From Malacoraja senta (Eukaryota): a stretch of DNA of 64,000 nucleotides. The stretch lies in the NCBI GenBank assembly GCA_038087875.1, contig CM075995.1, positions 62,001 through 126,000 on the forward strand, in the 5' to 3' direction. The position numbers and the translations under genes are program-made. Under the pieces are notes generated by a model that worked only from the letters and a program-made list of their open reading frames with translations, had not been told where the DNA came from and ran no database searches. Below are positions 51,846 through 64,000 of this stretch, piece by piece (positions within the stretch are counted from its first letter, which is position 1; the number at the start of each line of letters is the position of its first letter).

Positions 51846-52933
51846 TCATATCCATCCAAGGACCCCGGCAGCCCATCCCAAAGAGTTACTCCAGCACTTT
51901 GTGTCTTTATTACAATTGCACAACACCGATTTTTTTTCAAGTGGTCAATGACCTTAATTTCTAAAGAAAAAGCAAGTGAGATTGATCTAAAGTTCAGCAG
52001 CAGCTATAAAAGCATGACACATTGAAATTATGCATGGTGAGGTGCAATGCACATGCCTATTTTATGCAGAGAATTTTGGGAATCGTACTGGCCAAAGAAA
52101 GATCAGACCTGGGGTCAAGAGATGGCGTGGGAAAGGAATGGTCAAGTGATGTTCAGAAGACAATTGGGGCCCAAGGTATATCTGCTGCCACCCTTTGGCT
52201 GCTAATATCAAGGTTCTTAAACACTCATCCTGATATGAGGCATGACTCAGTCTTTTCATACTATACTGCTGCGCAACTCTCCAGATAAAGAATTACTGCC
52301 ATTCATGGATCCTAGATTAGAAATGAGTTTTATGCAAGCAACAACAAATATGTTAAGCACATATTTTAATATTACTGTCTATGCCTTTCAACCTCCATGA
52401 TGGAGCTTCAGACAAAAAAACCTGGAACAATTTGGAGTCACATTTGCAGAAGGAGCCAGATCTCTCACAGAAATCTGATCCAAGATGAGATTCCTTCATC
52501 TATTTTACAAAAGAATTCCTAATCCACAGCGAGACAGTATAGCACACTACAAAAGAATCCGGGCAAGTTATTGCAAGAGTTCTCATGAATGATCACACAT
52601 AAGAGCAGTTCAATTACTTTGAGTTGTTATATTCCAGATGACTGAATGAATAACAACTTACACGCTGGTTGCCTGGATCACGAGAGAGAGATTTATTACC
52701 CAATATTCCCTGCTTATATTGAACACCAACTCATTAACATATACATGAATATGTATGAATACATTACACTACTCTTCTTTTTTTTATGTATTAAATCTAA
52801 GTACACGGTTACAATTTTGTTGTTGTGATACTTGATTTAAACCAGTATTTATGAAGTCTTAAATGATAAACATAATATATTTATTTTACATATCTACACA
52901 TTTTCATTTTACTTATACAGTGAGTTGCTTAAC

Positions 52934-54160
52934 TTACAAACCTAATCTGACTACTGGTTTACGGATCCTGCCTGATCGTCTAACAGTAAAAGGTGTAACA
53001 GGTTTAGGTGTTGACTCAACTGTTGGCTTGTTTGGCTCTGTTTTAGTACCCTGACTTTGACCAAAGGAATCTGGTTCTTTATCTGTACTAACTGAACTTT
53101 GTGTTTCAATCACAGTGGTCTCTTCCAATTCACTTTCAGATAAACACTCAGGAATTAGGACTTCGTGTTCAGTTTTTGGTTCATATTTGGCTGGAATTAT
53201 TTGATCAACATGAACACTTTTAATCCTATCTCCAACTTCAACTAAGTATCTTTTTGTTCCACACACTTCCACTATTTTCCCAACATCCCATTTGTCTCGA
53301 CTGGACTTGTTGTGAGGACTGAGAATACGAACATGCTCATCTGGCTTGAAGTACCTCTCCTTTTTGTGGGAGTCAAAATGGCGTTTTTGACTTAACTGTT
53401 TTTGCTCAACTCTCAAGGCCAAATTGGGTTGAACTAGACTTAGGCGTATTCTTAGCCTGAAGGCTAAGAATACGCCTCACAGTCTCAGTTCAACCCATTT
53501 GTGCTTGTGTGGTTACTTCGAGCAAAAACAGTAGTCAAAACGATTCATCTCTTTGACTACCCACAAAAAGGCGAGGTATTCAAGCAGAGAGCATCTTCGA
53601 TATTCTACAGACCTTCCCACAGTCCCGTCGAGACTGATGGGATGTGGGAAAAGTGGAAGTGTGTGTTTTACACCATTCCGCTGCATGAACTCTTTGAACC
53701 GTTCTGAACAAAACTGAGGCCTGTTATCAGAAACAAGTTCTTCCGGTAAACCATGGCATGCAAATATTGATCTCAATTCATCTATGGTACACTCAATAGT
53801 AGTGCTTGACCCATATGTTTAACCTCAATCCATTTGGAATGACCATCAACTAGTACCAGAAAGTGATCATTACCCTTTTCACAAAAATCTTCATGAACGC
53901 TCTGAAAAGGTCTACTTCGCCATGATCAGGGATGCAGTGATGTTTTGGTGGTTTACTCCGGCAATTTTGGCAGACGCTACATTTGCTCACCAGTGACTCG
54001 ATGTCACTGTCAATACCAAGCCACTACACAAAACATCTGGCAATTGACTTCATGCTTGCTATGCCAGGATGTTCGGTATGAAGTTCATTCATAATTTTGT
54101 TTCTCAAAGACTCTGGTACAACTACTCTGTAACCCACTTAATGCATCCCTGCTCACATTC
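52934..54160 (-). pseudogene. Gypsy integrase remnant
   Basis: LRSIFACHGLPEELVSDN.PQF.S..F.EF...NGVKH; C-terminal RRSGRIRKPVVRL; frameshifts and stops. Confidence 0.85.
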
Positions 54161-54165
54161 CACTA

Positions 54166-54990
54166 GGGGCGCTGCATTGAAAGCGCCTCTGCCTACAGCC
54201 TGTCTGTTTTTTTCCCTTCTTTTTTTATTTTAGTTTGTCTAAATTGTTTGTTTTGGGGTTACTTTAGCTTTTCTATGTGGGGGGGGGGGGGGGCAGGGTA
54301 AGGGGGATACTGTTTCCCAGTCGCTTCCTGGCGGGGACGCGACTATTTCTCCGCGGCCTATCAGCTGGATTGGAGCGGCCTTTCCTGCCGGTGACCGGAC
54401 CAGAGCTGCAATAGCGGCGGCGCAGCGCTGAATTCACCGCAGAGCGGGCGATATCTACCTGGATCACCGTTTGGAGCTCCGGAGCGTTGGGCTTGCAGCA
54501 TCGACATCGTGGAGCTGTGGGTCGAGGAGCTTCCAACGCGGGCGGCGCTGACCGACATCGCGGAGTCCTGGGACCCTTTGCCGAGGGCCGCCAGTGATGA
54601 ATCTCCGCCCGGCGCGGCCTGGGGACGTCGGGAGCTGCGGACTCCGGTGGGAAGCGACCGTTTGGAGGTCCAAGCCGCTGAGGTTGACCTCCCGTCCCGA
54701 CGTCGGAGTGCCAACATCCTGGCGAGTGGGCCTGAGCGGCAGGGTGCTCGTAGCGGCGACTGCGGAGGGCTCCGGAGGCCCGACAACGGGTGAACATCAG
54801 AGGAAGAGACTGACTTTGGTGCCTTCCCTCACAGTGGGAATTTTTTTATTCTGCTGTGTGGGATGTTTTATGTTTAAATCTATCGTGTGTTGTGTTCTTT
54901 ATTTTAGTGTCTGGCTGTATGGTGATCACATTTCACTGTGCCATCTGGCACATGTGACAAATACATGTATTTTGTATCTTGTATCTTGTA
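54166..54990 (+). mobile_element. CpG-rich non-autonomous retroelement family, copy 6 (inside Gypsy)
   Basis: ggggcgctg head; shared 3' block; (tcttgta)n tail. Confidence 0.7.
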
Positions 54991-55080
54991 TGATAATTCA
55001 TGACGTCGATTATGGATGCTTATGACGTTTTCAGGATGTGATTTGGACAAATCAATGCTGAAAATGTTCTTCCAGTCTAA

Positions 55081-55586
55081 AGGTCCTGTCCCACTTACGC
55101 GACCTTGGCTCGCAAATTACGCGACCTCGTGGTCGCTTGAGGCGTACGGGCACCGTATGGCCGCGCGGGGCCGGTCCCACTTAAAAGCGCGGGGCTGGTC
55201 CCGACATCGAGCGGGGCTCCGAAATTCTTGCAGTGACCGAAATCTTCGCACGCCAACGGCCTGTCGGCATGCAGGCGCATTGCGGTCGTATGCAGTGTCT
55301 TGACGTCGTATGCAGCGTCTTGACGGCGTACGCAGCGTCTTGACAGCGTACGCCTGGCGCGTGGCGTTGCGTGATGACGTCACCGCCCGGCGTGGCGTTG
55401 CGTGATGACGTCACCGCCCGACGCCCAAATTCAGTCGGCCCCGCCTCCTGCCCAGCTGATTGGGAAGCATGATGTAAATGACGTCACGCACGAACTTAGC
55501 ATGTACTTAGCGCAAACTTCGCGTGAACTCCGCTTCCGGTTGGTCACGCCAAACGCACGCAATCGCATGCAAGTGGGACAGGCCCT
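55081..55586. mobile_element. PIF/Harbinger-like MITE (inside Gypsy)
   Basis: TIR AGG[T/G]CCTGTCCCACTT; TAA TSD at 55078-55080 and 55587-55589. Confidence 0.85.
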
Positions 55587-55848
55587 TAACTCTATTCTGC
55601 TCAGCTAATCCTTTCCAAGGAGGGTTGGTTTATTTCTATAGCTGGCCACTATGATGGGCAGTGATACTGACCGACCATTATGCTGAACTTTACAGTTCAT
55701 TTGTCCACGTCTCCAAAACTTTGCTCGAGTAGGTTCTCAGCTTGATCTTACTCTCAAACAATGGTGTCTGTGGAACTTTGTTTCATACAGGTCTCTGCTC
55801 ATGACCGAACAATCTGCTGCCGTGTCAATACACAATAACTGTTCATTT

Positions 55849-56650
55849 ATAGAAACATAGAAATATAGAAAATAGGTGCAGGAGGCCATTCGGCCCTTCG
55901 AGCCAGCACCGCCATTCATTGTGATCATGGCTGATCGTCCCCTATCAATAACCCGTGCCTGCCTTCTCCCCATATCCCTTGATTCCACTAGCCCCTAGAG
56001 CTCTATCAAACTCTCTCTTAAATCCATCCAGTGACTTGGCCTCCACTGCCCGCTGTGGCAGGGAATTCCATAAATTCACAACTCTCTGGGTGAAAAAGTT
56101 TTTTCTCACCTCAGTCTTAAATGGCCTCCCTTTTATTCTAAGACTGTGGCCCCTGGTTCTGGACTCGCCCAACATTGGGAACATTTTTCCTGCATCTAGC
56201 TTGTCCAGTCCTTTTATAATTTTATATGTTTCTATAAGATCTCCCCTCATCCTTCTAAACTCCAGTGAATACAAGCCTAGTCTTTGCAATCTTTCCTCAT
56301 ATGACAGTCCCGCCATCCCAGGGATCAATCTCGTGAACCTTCGCTGCACTGCCTCAATCACAAGGATGTCCTTCCTCAAATTAGGAGACCAAAACTGTAC
56401 ACAATACTCCATATGTGGTCTCACCAGAGCCCTATACAACTGCAGAAGAACCTCTTTACTCCGATACTGAAATCCTCTTGTTATGAAGGCCAACATTTCA
56501 TTAGCTTTCTTCACTGCCTGCTGTACCTGTAAGCCAACTTTCAGTGACCGGTGTACAAGGACGCCCACGTCTCGCTGCACCTCCCCCTTACCTAACCTAA
56601 CCCCATTGAGATAATAATCTCAATTATTATCAACCCCATTGAGATAATAA
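55849..56650 (-). mobile_element. Young CR1 3' fragment (inside Gypsy)
   Basis: Uninterrupted 211-aa CR1 ORF2 C-terminus at 55945-56580. Confidence 0.93.
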
Positions 56651-56665
56651 TATCAATTGTTTAGT

Positions 56666-57688
56666 TCAAAATTCCTTGCCTTGGCTGGTTGTAGGCTTAT
56701 CGATGTTGGTTGCATAAATGGTGTATAACCCAAGTTCATTACCATCTGGGTTCACCTCCAAGTTGTGAACTCCTCTCTGGTGTTGTCGCTTGATTCCCGC
56801 AGATTGTCGGTTTCCTGTTTTAAGCTTGGCCCAACATGCTGAGGTGATATAGTCTTTCTTCTGGCAGTTATCGCACTTGGCCATTTTGAACTGACAAAAT
56901 TGGGATGAGTGACTACTGTTGCAACGATAACAACTGGCTGAACTCAGCTCCCCGCCATACTTTGGTTTTGGTTTAGCGCCTCTTGGTTTGGCCATAGGCA
57001 CTGCCTTGTGACTGTAAACGGCCACTGCAGTCCGTGGTGGATGAAACTCGCGAGCATTCTTTGATGCCATCTCCAATGTGGTAGCAATCTTGCATGCTTT
57101 CTCGAATGTAAGATCTGGAGTGTTCATGAGTTTGGACTGAATTTGTTCATCCACTAGACCACAAACAAATCTGTCGCATAGTGCACGTCTGAGAAAGGTT
57201 CTAAAGTTACAGTGCAAAGTTAAGTTCTTCAAGGCAACAATGTACTCATTGATTGTCTCATTCTGCTTCTGGTTTCTAGTGCCAAATTTATAGCTTTCTG
57301 CAATTTCCAGAGGCTTTGGGTTGAAGTGCTCCTCCAACTTCTTCATAATGTCATTGAATGGCACGTCTTTTGCCTTTATGGGTGCAAGGAGATTCACGAG
57401 TGTGCCGTACACTTCAGGACCGATCTCCGTGAGCAGAATCGCTTTCATGTGTTCGCAAACGGCTTTATTTGTTTCAGTCACTATCTCTCCTTCACCACAA
57501 ATCTCCATTATGTTGTTTGCCGTGAAAAACGTTTGCTCTCTCCATATAGGAGCTGAACGGCTCTCTAGTCTTGTCAAAAGTGCCAAGGTTTCCGATGTAG
57601 CCCGTGAACACTGCCATCGTGTCGTTCTCTTTTTTGTTTTAAAAGTCCGTTTAAAAACCCCGATTTCCTGTCTGTTCAGGTGTAACAA
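56666..57688 (-). pseudogene. Gypsy gag remnant
   Basis: L..HF.PK...AE.YKF..R.Q...E.I.EY...L..L...C.F...DRFVCGL; two degenerate zinc knuckles. Confidence 0.85.
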
Positions 57689-58414
57689 TTCACCTAAAAC
57701 TTAGCTGTACGAAGGCTATTCAGCCTGAGGAACTGGACAAAAAAAAATCTTATACAATCCGAAGGACGGCATCCTGCCACGTAGACACAACATTGAGATA
57801 GCCTGACAAACTCTCGACAATTTGTCCAGCTGCTGTTTTAAACTACAGTCCCCTGCATAGAAGGATCTGCGGCCTATCGTGTCCAGCTCGCAAAGAACTG
57901 CGACACAACTCCATATTTACTGTTTAAAATGTTAAACCATACTACATGTTGCAAAACAGTCCTGCACTGTATTTAAAGGATGAGTTCACAAACTCTATCC
58001 CATCCTCGTCGCCAATTTTGTTATCTTCCGGTCGGCAGAATGAATAACAACTTACACGCTGGTTGCCTGGATCGCGAGAGAGATTTATTACCCAACATTC
58101 CCTGCTTATATTGAACACCAACTCATTAACATATACGTGAATATGTGTGAATACATTGAATGAGTGAATGCGTGTTTATCAGTGAGAGAGCTTAAGAGAA
58201 TGCACCTAAACTATTGCTTTAACATTAAGAGGAGTTGCGATCTGGGAGACATTCAGCAATAAGCGAGTTTGGTATTCCGAAAAACGCAAGGAATCATGGG
58301 ATCTGTCAAAGGTCACTGGCTATAAAGAAAAAGCAAATGAAGCGCTGGCTGCATAAACAGTATGTAAATTCTTATCTTTATTCATGATTTACGTGTAAAA
58401 ATATATTTCATCTG

Positions 58415-58880
58415 AGGAACGGGGGTGCCAGGTAACGGGGAGCGGGTGTAACAGCAAGAGGAGGGGGAAGATGCCAGTGGGAGACAGGGGAGAGCGCGCA
58501 CAGACCCGCGCTTAATCTGCAGTCCGGGTCGAGCCCGTGCTCCTGGCACCGCAGGCGCTGCCGAGCCGCTGCTGGACCACCCAGTCCACCCCCCCCCCCG
58601 ATGGCCATTGGACAGGGAGAGAGGCACGGCCTGCGAGCCGGGCCTGACACCTACGGACGGGGACAGGACACCCGGGGGGGTGGGGGAGATGGGTACAGTC
58701 CAGTGGCGGCGCCGGAGATTCGTGCCTGACCATGGACCCCGACCACGACCCCACGGAGCAGCACGACGCATAAAGCACACACTGAAACGAAGGTCTGATA
58801 ACCAAAGATAACACACAGTAGATCCACACCCTTCAATGTTTTTCTGTAGTGACCTATGACCTGGGCATGTGCAGTCGCAA
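58415..58880. promoter_or_regulatory. CpG-island-like segment, possible promoter/first exon
   Basis: GC/CpG-rich and not matching the other repeats here; plus-strand donor-like CAG|GTAACG at 58432; NRF1-like gggcatgtgcagt at 58863-58875. Confidence 0.3.
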
Positions 58881-59124
58881 TACCGAACTTGCTTATTGCC
58901 GCAGGTTCCAAACTTAATTCTCATCATGTGGCAATAAAGAAAGTAACCGTTGTTTGACATCATATTCAAACATTGTTTTTCATTCTGCTTGCCAGTGAAT
59001 TCTGTATATTGGTGAAAGCTGGGTCAATGCTGCAGTTTACATAGGTGTAACAACAATGCAGGAATCACTTTTTTGTTAGGTTTTAGTATAGCGTTATGGC
59101 ATTGAGTGCAAGCCTTTTACGTAT

Positions 59125-59971
59125 TAGATAGATAGATAAACATTTATTGTCACATACACCAATTGGTGTAGTGAAATTTGACTAGCCATGCAGCCCACAA
59201 ATAAAGATAACACCAAAGAATTTAACAATAACATAAAAACATCCCCCCACAATGGTTCCCACTGTGGGGGAAGGCAGCAAAGTCCAGTCCCATCCCCAGT
59301 TCACCCATAGTCGGGGCCTATTGAGGCCTCTGCAGTCGCCGATACAGCAGCCCGATGCCTCAGGCCCTCTCGCCGGATGATGGAGCTCTGGCGTCGGGTG
59401 AACACTCTCGGCGGCCCGGAGTGTCTGGAGCGGCCGCTACCTCCCAGGAGACCACAGCTCCCGAAGTCCACGAGCCGCATTGGTCGATGCTCCGACTCTG
59501 GCGACCTCGTCGTGAGATCCCAGGCTCCGCGGTGTTTAGGGTTCAGCTCCGCCAGCGGCTGGAAGCTCCGCAGACCGCTGACCGCAGACCACAGCTCCGC
59601 GATGTTGGTGCCGGCTGTCACAGCACTCCGGAGCTTACTGCACGGCGACCCGGGTTAGGCATCGCCCGCTCCGTGATGGTGCTTCAGCGCTGTGCCGCCG
59701 CCGAAGCTGAAGTCCTGGCCGGTCCCGGCAGGAAAACGCCGCTCCAGTCTGCCCGTAGGCCGCGATGGAGGGGCGAAGATATGGCTCGGAGAAAAGCCGC
59801 AACTCCGACCAGGTAGGTACTGAGAAATAGTTTCCCCCTTTCCCCCCCCTCCCACCCCCCACATAAAAAAACTAAAAGACCTCCAAAACAAACACTTTCA
59901 ACTAACTAAAAATAAAAAAGGGTGAAAAGACTAACAGCTGCTGGCAGGGCAGCCATACTCGACGGCGCCCC
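59125..59971 (-). mobile_element. CpG-rich non-autonomous retroelement family, copy 7
   Basis: Minus-strand head GGGGCGCCGTCGAGTATGGCTGCCCTGCCAGCAGC; gtgacaataaa followed by (tcta)n tail. Confidence 0.75.
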
Positions 59972-59984
59972 AGGTTGTATTATA

Positions 59985-61016
59985 TAGGTATGTTACAATA
60001 CTTACCTTCAGCGGCGCTGCAATTCTGCCACTGGCCTTTGAGGGGGGGTGCGGGGTTAAAACGCGGGTTTCTCGTACCTTGTCCTGGATTATATTTCGTT
60101 GGAGTGCAAGCTTTTGCTGAAGAATCGTTCCGACGGGCGTTCTGTGTATTTTGTTTTAAAAATCCCCCGACAATTTCAGCGCTGGAGTTATTTTAAAATC
60201 AGCTTCTAATGCCGTCAACGCCGACAACGGGGACGGATTTCACGCACGGGACAGGCAAACGAAAGCCGTTAATTTTATGTATAAAAGTGCTCCTTAAGAT
60301 GCCTTTAATTCACATTTTAAGTTGCGAAACGGTGATTTTTTCCCCCGAACGAACCAGCAGTATTTTTCATGCCGATACGGGTTTAAATTCACCGCAAATG
60401 CAACGTTCCAAATGATCGCGTTCCAGAAAAACCCACTCGCAAGATGATTTAAATGGCCATTAATTTACAGGTATTAAACATTAAATTCCTTCCATTTGGC
60501 CTATAAATCCATGACAATGAGATTTAAAAATTATGTTATATTGTGAATTCTTGTGTGAATGTTATTTGGACACTTAGGCTTTTTAAAAATGTTAATCTAT
60601 TCTTAAGAAATTGATAGATGTTTAGATCTAATAATTGAATTTTGTAATTAGCTACAATTAGGTAACTAACATATAACTAATTATATGCTTTAATTTCATG
60701 TTGTCTAAGTAAGATTATTTCATATTTGTTTCAGAATGCTTCAATCTATAATAACTGAAAATTTCTTTAAGTTCTCTTAATTTTTAAGAAAGTTATGGGC
60801 TTTTGACTGTCCTCGATCACAGCTTTTGTGTTTAGTCAATGGAAAAGCAATAAGGAACAAGATGCTAATTTCCGAGTATGAAAATGACTATAACTTTTTT
60901 AATACTGAAGATTTGAAAGTGAATTAGGTGTCAAATTAAACTTATTTTTATGCTTTATCTGATGGGGTAAATTACAGACTTGATTTTTTAAATCTCAAAA
61001 TTTTGTAACTTTGCTA
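59985..61016. mobile_element. Possible unclassified non-autonomous DNA transposon
   Basis: Imperfect termini TAGGTATGTTACAA / TTGTAACTTTGCTA flanked by tata on both sides. Confidence 0.4.
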
Positions 61017-61020
61017 TATA

Positions 61021-62478
61021 ATTTTTTTATTTTTTTATTTTTATTAGAAGTACAATTGTATACAATCATATTTTCATAGTGCATATTATGTACAGCTTCT
61101 TATTTTTATAATAAAGGAGAAAAAGAAAAAGTTAGATAATGAACAATAGAAAAATGTGAGATATATAGTGTGTGAAAAAGGAAAATAGAGAGTGAAAGAA
61201 GAAAGTTAAGAAATAGAAAATAGAAAAAAGAAAATAAAAGAAGAAAAGGAAAGAGAAAGAAAAAAAGAAGTAAGGAGATCTTATTTATAATCTTGACCAT
61301 CCCTCGCCCAGTCACGAGTTAACTTTTACAATTGTGTTGCACCACATGATTCCAAAAAGACGACAAATGGAGACCAACTCGTTGTGAATTGGTCAAATTT
61401 ATCTGTTAGGCGGAATCGCATTTCCTCAAGATGTGCGGTGTCCAACATACTTGCAATCCACATTTTAAGCGTTGGTATTGGTGTATTTTTCCAAAATTTC
61501 AATATTAAATTTTTAGCTATTATTAAACCATAATTTAAAAATAATTTTTGAGATGGATTCAGTTTATTCCCATCTTCCATTACCCCAAATATAATCAATT
61601 AATTATTAGGTTCCATTTTTATCTTAAATAATTTTGTGAATATTTCAAAAATATCGCTCCAAAATCTATGAAGTTTTATACAGGAAACAAAAGAGTGTGT
61701 TATAGTTGCATCTTGGGTTAAACATTTATCGCAAGTGGGGGATATATTTGGGTAAAATGTATTTAATCTTATTTTTGAGTAATACAATCTATGTAAAATT
61801 TTAAATTGAATTAGATTATGTCTTACATTAATCGAACATTTGTGAATATATATCAAATACTTTTCCCATGTAACCTTCGTAATTTTTATCGTTAATTCCC
61901 GTTCCCACTCTTCTCTAATTACCTCAGTCGCAGGTAAATCTATATTTAAAATACTATTATATAAATATGATATTAATTTTTGTGTATCAGCTTTAATATT
62001 CATTACTTCTTCCAATAAATCAGGAATTATTTTTTGATATCCCTGTATATGTCTTCATGAAATTGCAAATCTGAAAATATTTAAAATAATGATTGTTTTT
62101 CAGTTTAAATTTTAATTGTAATTGTTGAAATGATAGTAAATCTCCCATTTCATACATGTCCCCGATCCTTTTAATTCCTAAACTTTCCCATTGATTATAT
62201 ATTTTGTCCATCATAGATGGTTTAAATAAAGGATTATTCACTATCAGTGTTAACAATGATAGGTTTCTTAATTTTAAGGATAATTTTATTTGTTTCCATA
62301 TTCTTATTGTATCTTGTATAATTGGGTTCTTCTTATATATTGTATTGTTCATTTTTTTCGGGGAGAAGAGGATCGTTCCTATATTACAAGGGTAACAATC
62401 CTCTTTCTCCATTTTTATCCATTCTGTCTGTTGGGTTGAACTATCCAACCAGTAAATTATATTCTTAATATGTATTAA
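61021..62478 (-). mobile_element. L1 LINE 3' portion (ORF2 C-terminus)
   Basis: QFKILHRLYYS..RL..FYP..SPTCDKC...ATITHSF.SC zinc knuckle; AK.LIL..WK...PT...W; A-rich 3' tail near 61021-61045. Confidence 0.9.
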
Positions 62479-64000
62479 AGAGAAGGACAGCAAAGGTAAC
62501 AATCTCGGGATTACTGCCTGTGCCACGCGACAGTGAGAGTAGGAATGGAGCGAGGTGGAGGATAAATGCGTGGCTGAAGGACTGGTGCAGAAGGCAGGGA
62601 TTCAAGTTTCTGGATCATTGGGACCTCTTTTGTGGAAGGTTCGACCTGTACAAAAAGGATGGGTTGCACTTGAACCTGAGGGGGACCGATATCCTGGCGG
62701 GGAGATCTGCAAAGGCTACTGGGGAGACTTTAAACTAGAATGGTTGGGGGGAGGGACTCAAATAGAGAATGCTATTAGACAGTGTGTGAGGCAGGAGGCA
62801 GAGAAGGAAAGCACTCAGACCCAACATGTAGGGGGGAAAGAAGATAACAATAATAAACAGAGAATAAGAGGTGGTGGGGTTCTTAAATGGGTGAGCAGAG
62901 AAACAGAGGGGTGTAAAATGCGGGCGGAAGCAATAGGTACCAAGGTGAAAAGTAAAAGTGGCAGGCAGACAAATCCAGGGCAAATATCAAAAAGGGCCAC
63001 TTTTCAACATAATTGTATAAGGGGTAAGAGCGTTGTAAAAACAAGCCTGAAGGCTTTGTGTCTTAATGCAAGGAGCATTCGTAATAAGGTGGATGAGTTG
63101 AACGTGCAGATAGCAATTAATGATTATGATATAGTTGGGATCACGGAGACATGGCTCCAAGGTGACCAAGGCTGGGAGCTGAACATCCAGGGATATTCAA
63201 TATTCAGGAGGGATAGAGAGAAAGGAAAAGGAGGTGGGGTAGCGTAGCTGGTTAGAGAGGAGATTAACGCAGTGGAAAGGAAGGACATTAGCTTGGAGGA
63301 TGTGGAATCGGTATGGGTAGAGCTGCGAAACACTAAGGGGCAGAAAACGCTGGTGGATGTTGTGTACAGGCCACCTAGCAGTAGTAGTGAAGTTGGGGAT
63401 GGCATCAAACAGGAAATTAGAAATGCGTGCAACAAAGGCAAAACAGTTATAATGGGTGACTTCAATCTACATATAGATTGGGTGAAGCAAATTGGCAGGG
63501 GTGCTGAGGAAGAGGATTTCTTGGAATGTATGCGGGATAGTTATCTAAACCAACATGTAGAGGAACCAACGAGAGAGCAGGCTATTCTAGACTGGGTATT
63601 GAGTAATGAGGAAGGGTTAGTTAGCAGTCTTGTTGTGCGTGCCCCCTTGGGCAAGAGTGACCATAATATGGTTGAGTTCTTCATTACGATGGAGAGTGAC
63701 ATTGTTAATTCAGAAACAACGGTTCTGAACTTAAAGAAAGGTAACTTTGAGGGTATGAGACGTGAATTGGCCAAGATTGACTGGCAACTAGTTCTAAAAG
63801 GGTTGACGGTGGATATGCAATGGAAGGCATTTAAAGACTGCATGGATGAACTACAAAAATTGTTCATCCCAGTTTGGCAAAAGAATAAATCAGGGAAGGT
63901 AGTGCATCCGTGGATAACAAGGGAAATCAGGGATAGTATCAAAGCAAAAGATGATGCGTACAAATTAGCCAGAAAAAGCAGCATACCAGAGGACTGGGAG
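62479..64000 (+). mobile_element. CR1 LINE: ORF1 esterase C-terminus and ORF2 AP-endonuclease
   Basis: INAWLKDWCRRQGFKFLDHWD...KKDGLHLN (SGNH-type ORF1); LNARSIRNK, GITETW, VYRPP, MGDFN, SDH; in-frame TAG at 63245-63247. Confidence 0.95.

Larger units (their letters stand above)
49880..51875 (+). mobile_element. Decayed Penelope-like element with nested insertions
   Basis: NIIIKPTDKEDAVVIW, FYLLPKIHKQDCPGRLI, MDVQ..YTSIP, WNKDRVPLVLA and SIQGPRQ remnants. Confidence 0.85.
52625..58160 (-). mobile_element. Decayed Gypsy-type LTR retrotransposon
   Basis: LTRs 52625-52768 and 58019-58160; 5-bp TSD tgagt (52620-52624, 58161-58165); PBS TGGCGACGAGGATGGGAT at 57997-58014; PPT at about 52769-52785; gag and integrase remnants. 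Confidence 0.93.

Noticed and set aside
58382..58969. 195-aa minus-strand ORF
   Set aside because: No recognisable homology; composition follows the local GC content
59930..59971. HDV-like fold at the heads of the CpG-rich family
   Set aside because: Could not build P1/P2/P3/P1.1 pairings by hand in any copy
49900..64000. TPMT coding exons expected from human synteny
   Set aside because: No TPMT-like peptide recognised; the region is mostly transposon-derived

Overview
Vertebrate genomic DNA, very probably from a cartilaginous fish (skate/ray-like; inferred from HE1-type V-SINEs plus CR1, Rex1 and Penelope repeats). The window holds most of KDM1B (LSD2, FAD-dependent histone H3K4 demethylase) on the minus strand. 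I traced 19 coding exons by hand from 46408 down to 1950 (787 codons from ATG 46382, all phases compatible, one GC-AG intron); the last coding exon was not found and presumably lies left of base 1. Introns and the upstream flank are dense with nested mobile elements: CR1, L2, Rex1/Babar, L1, Ingi-like and Penelope retroelements, V-SINEs, a decayed Gypsy LTR element, a Tc1 element, and hAT/P, Harbinger and Tigger MITEs. Best hidden signals: (1) a 189-bp insertion with a 12-bp TSD whose first 67 nt fold into a complete HDV-like self-cleaving ribozyme and whose tail resembles an Ingi-like LINE tail, i.e. a candidate ribozyme-headed SINE; (2) minimal hammerhead-ribozyme cores in Penelope terminal repeats, arranged as tandem and perfect inverted dimers; (3) a recurrent ~0.7-0.9 kb CpG-rich non-coding retroelement family; (4) an ectopic 78-bp copy of a KDM1B exon/intron junction. 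Repeat boundaries are approximate unless TSDs/TIRs are given, and family names come from recalled motifs, not database searches.
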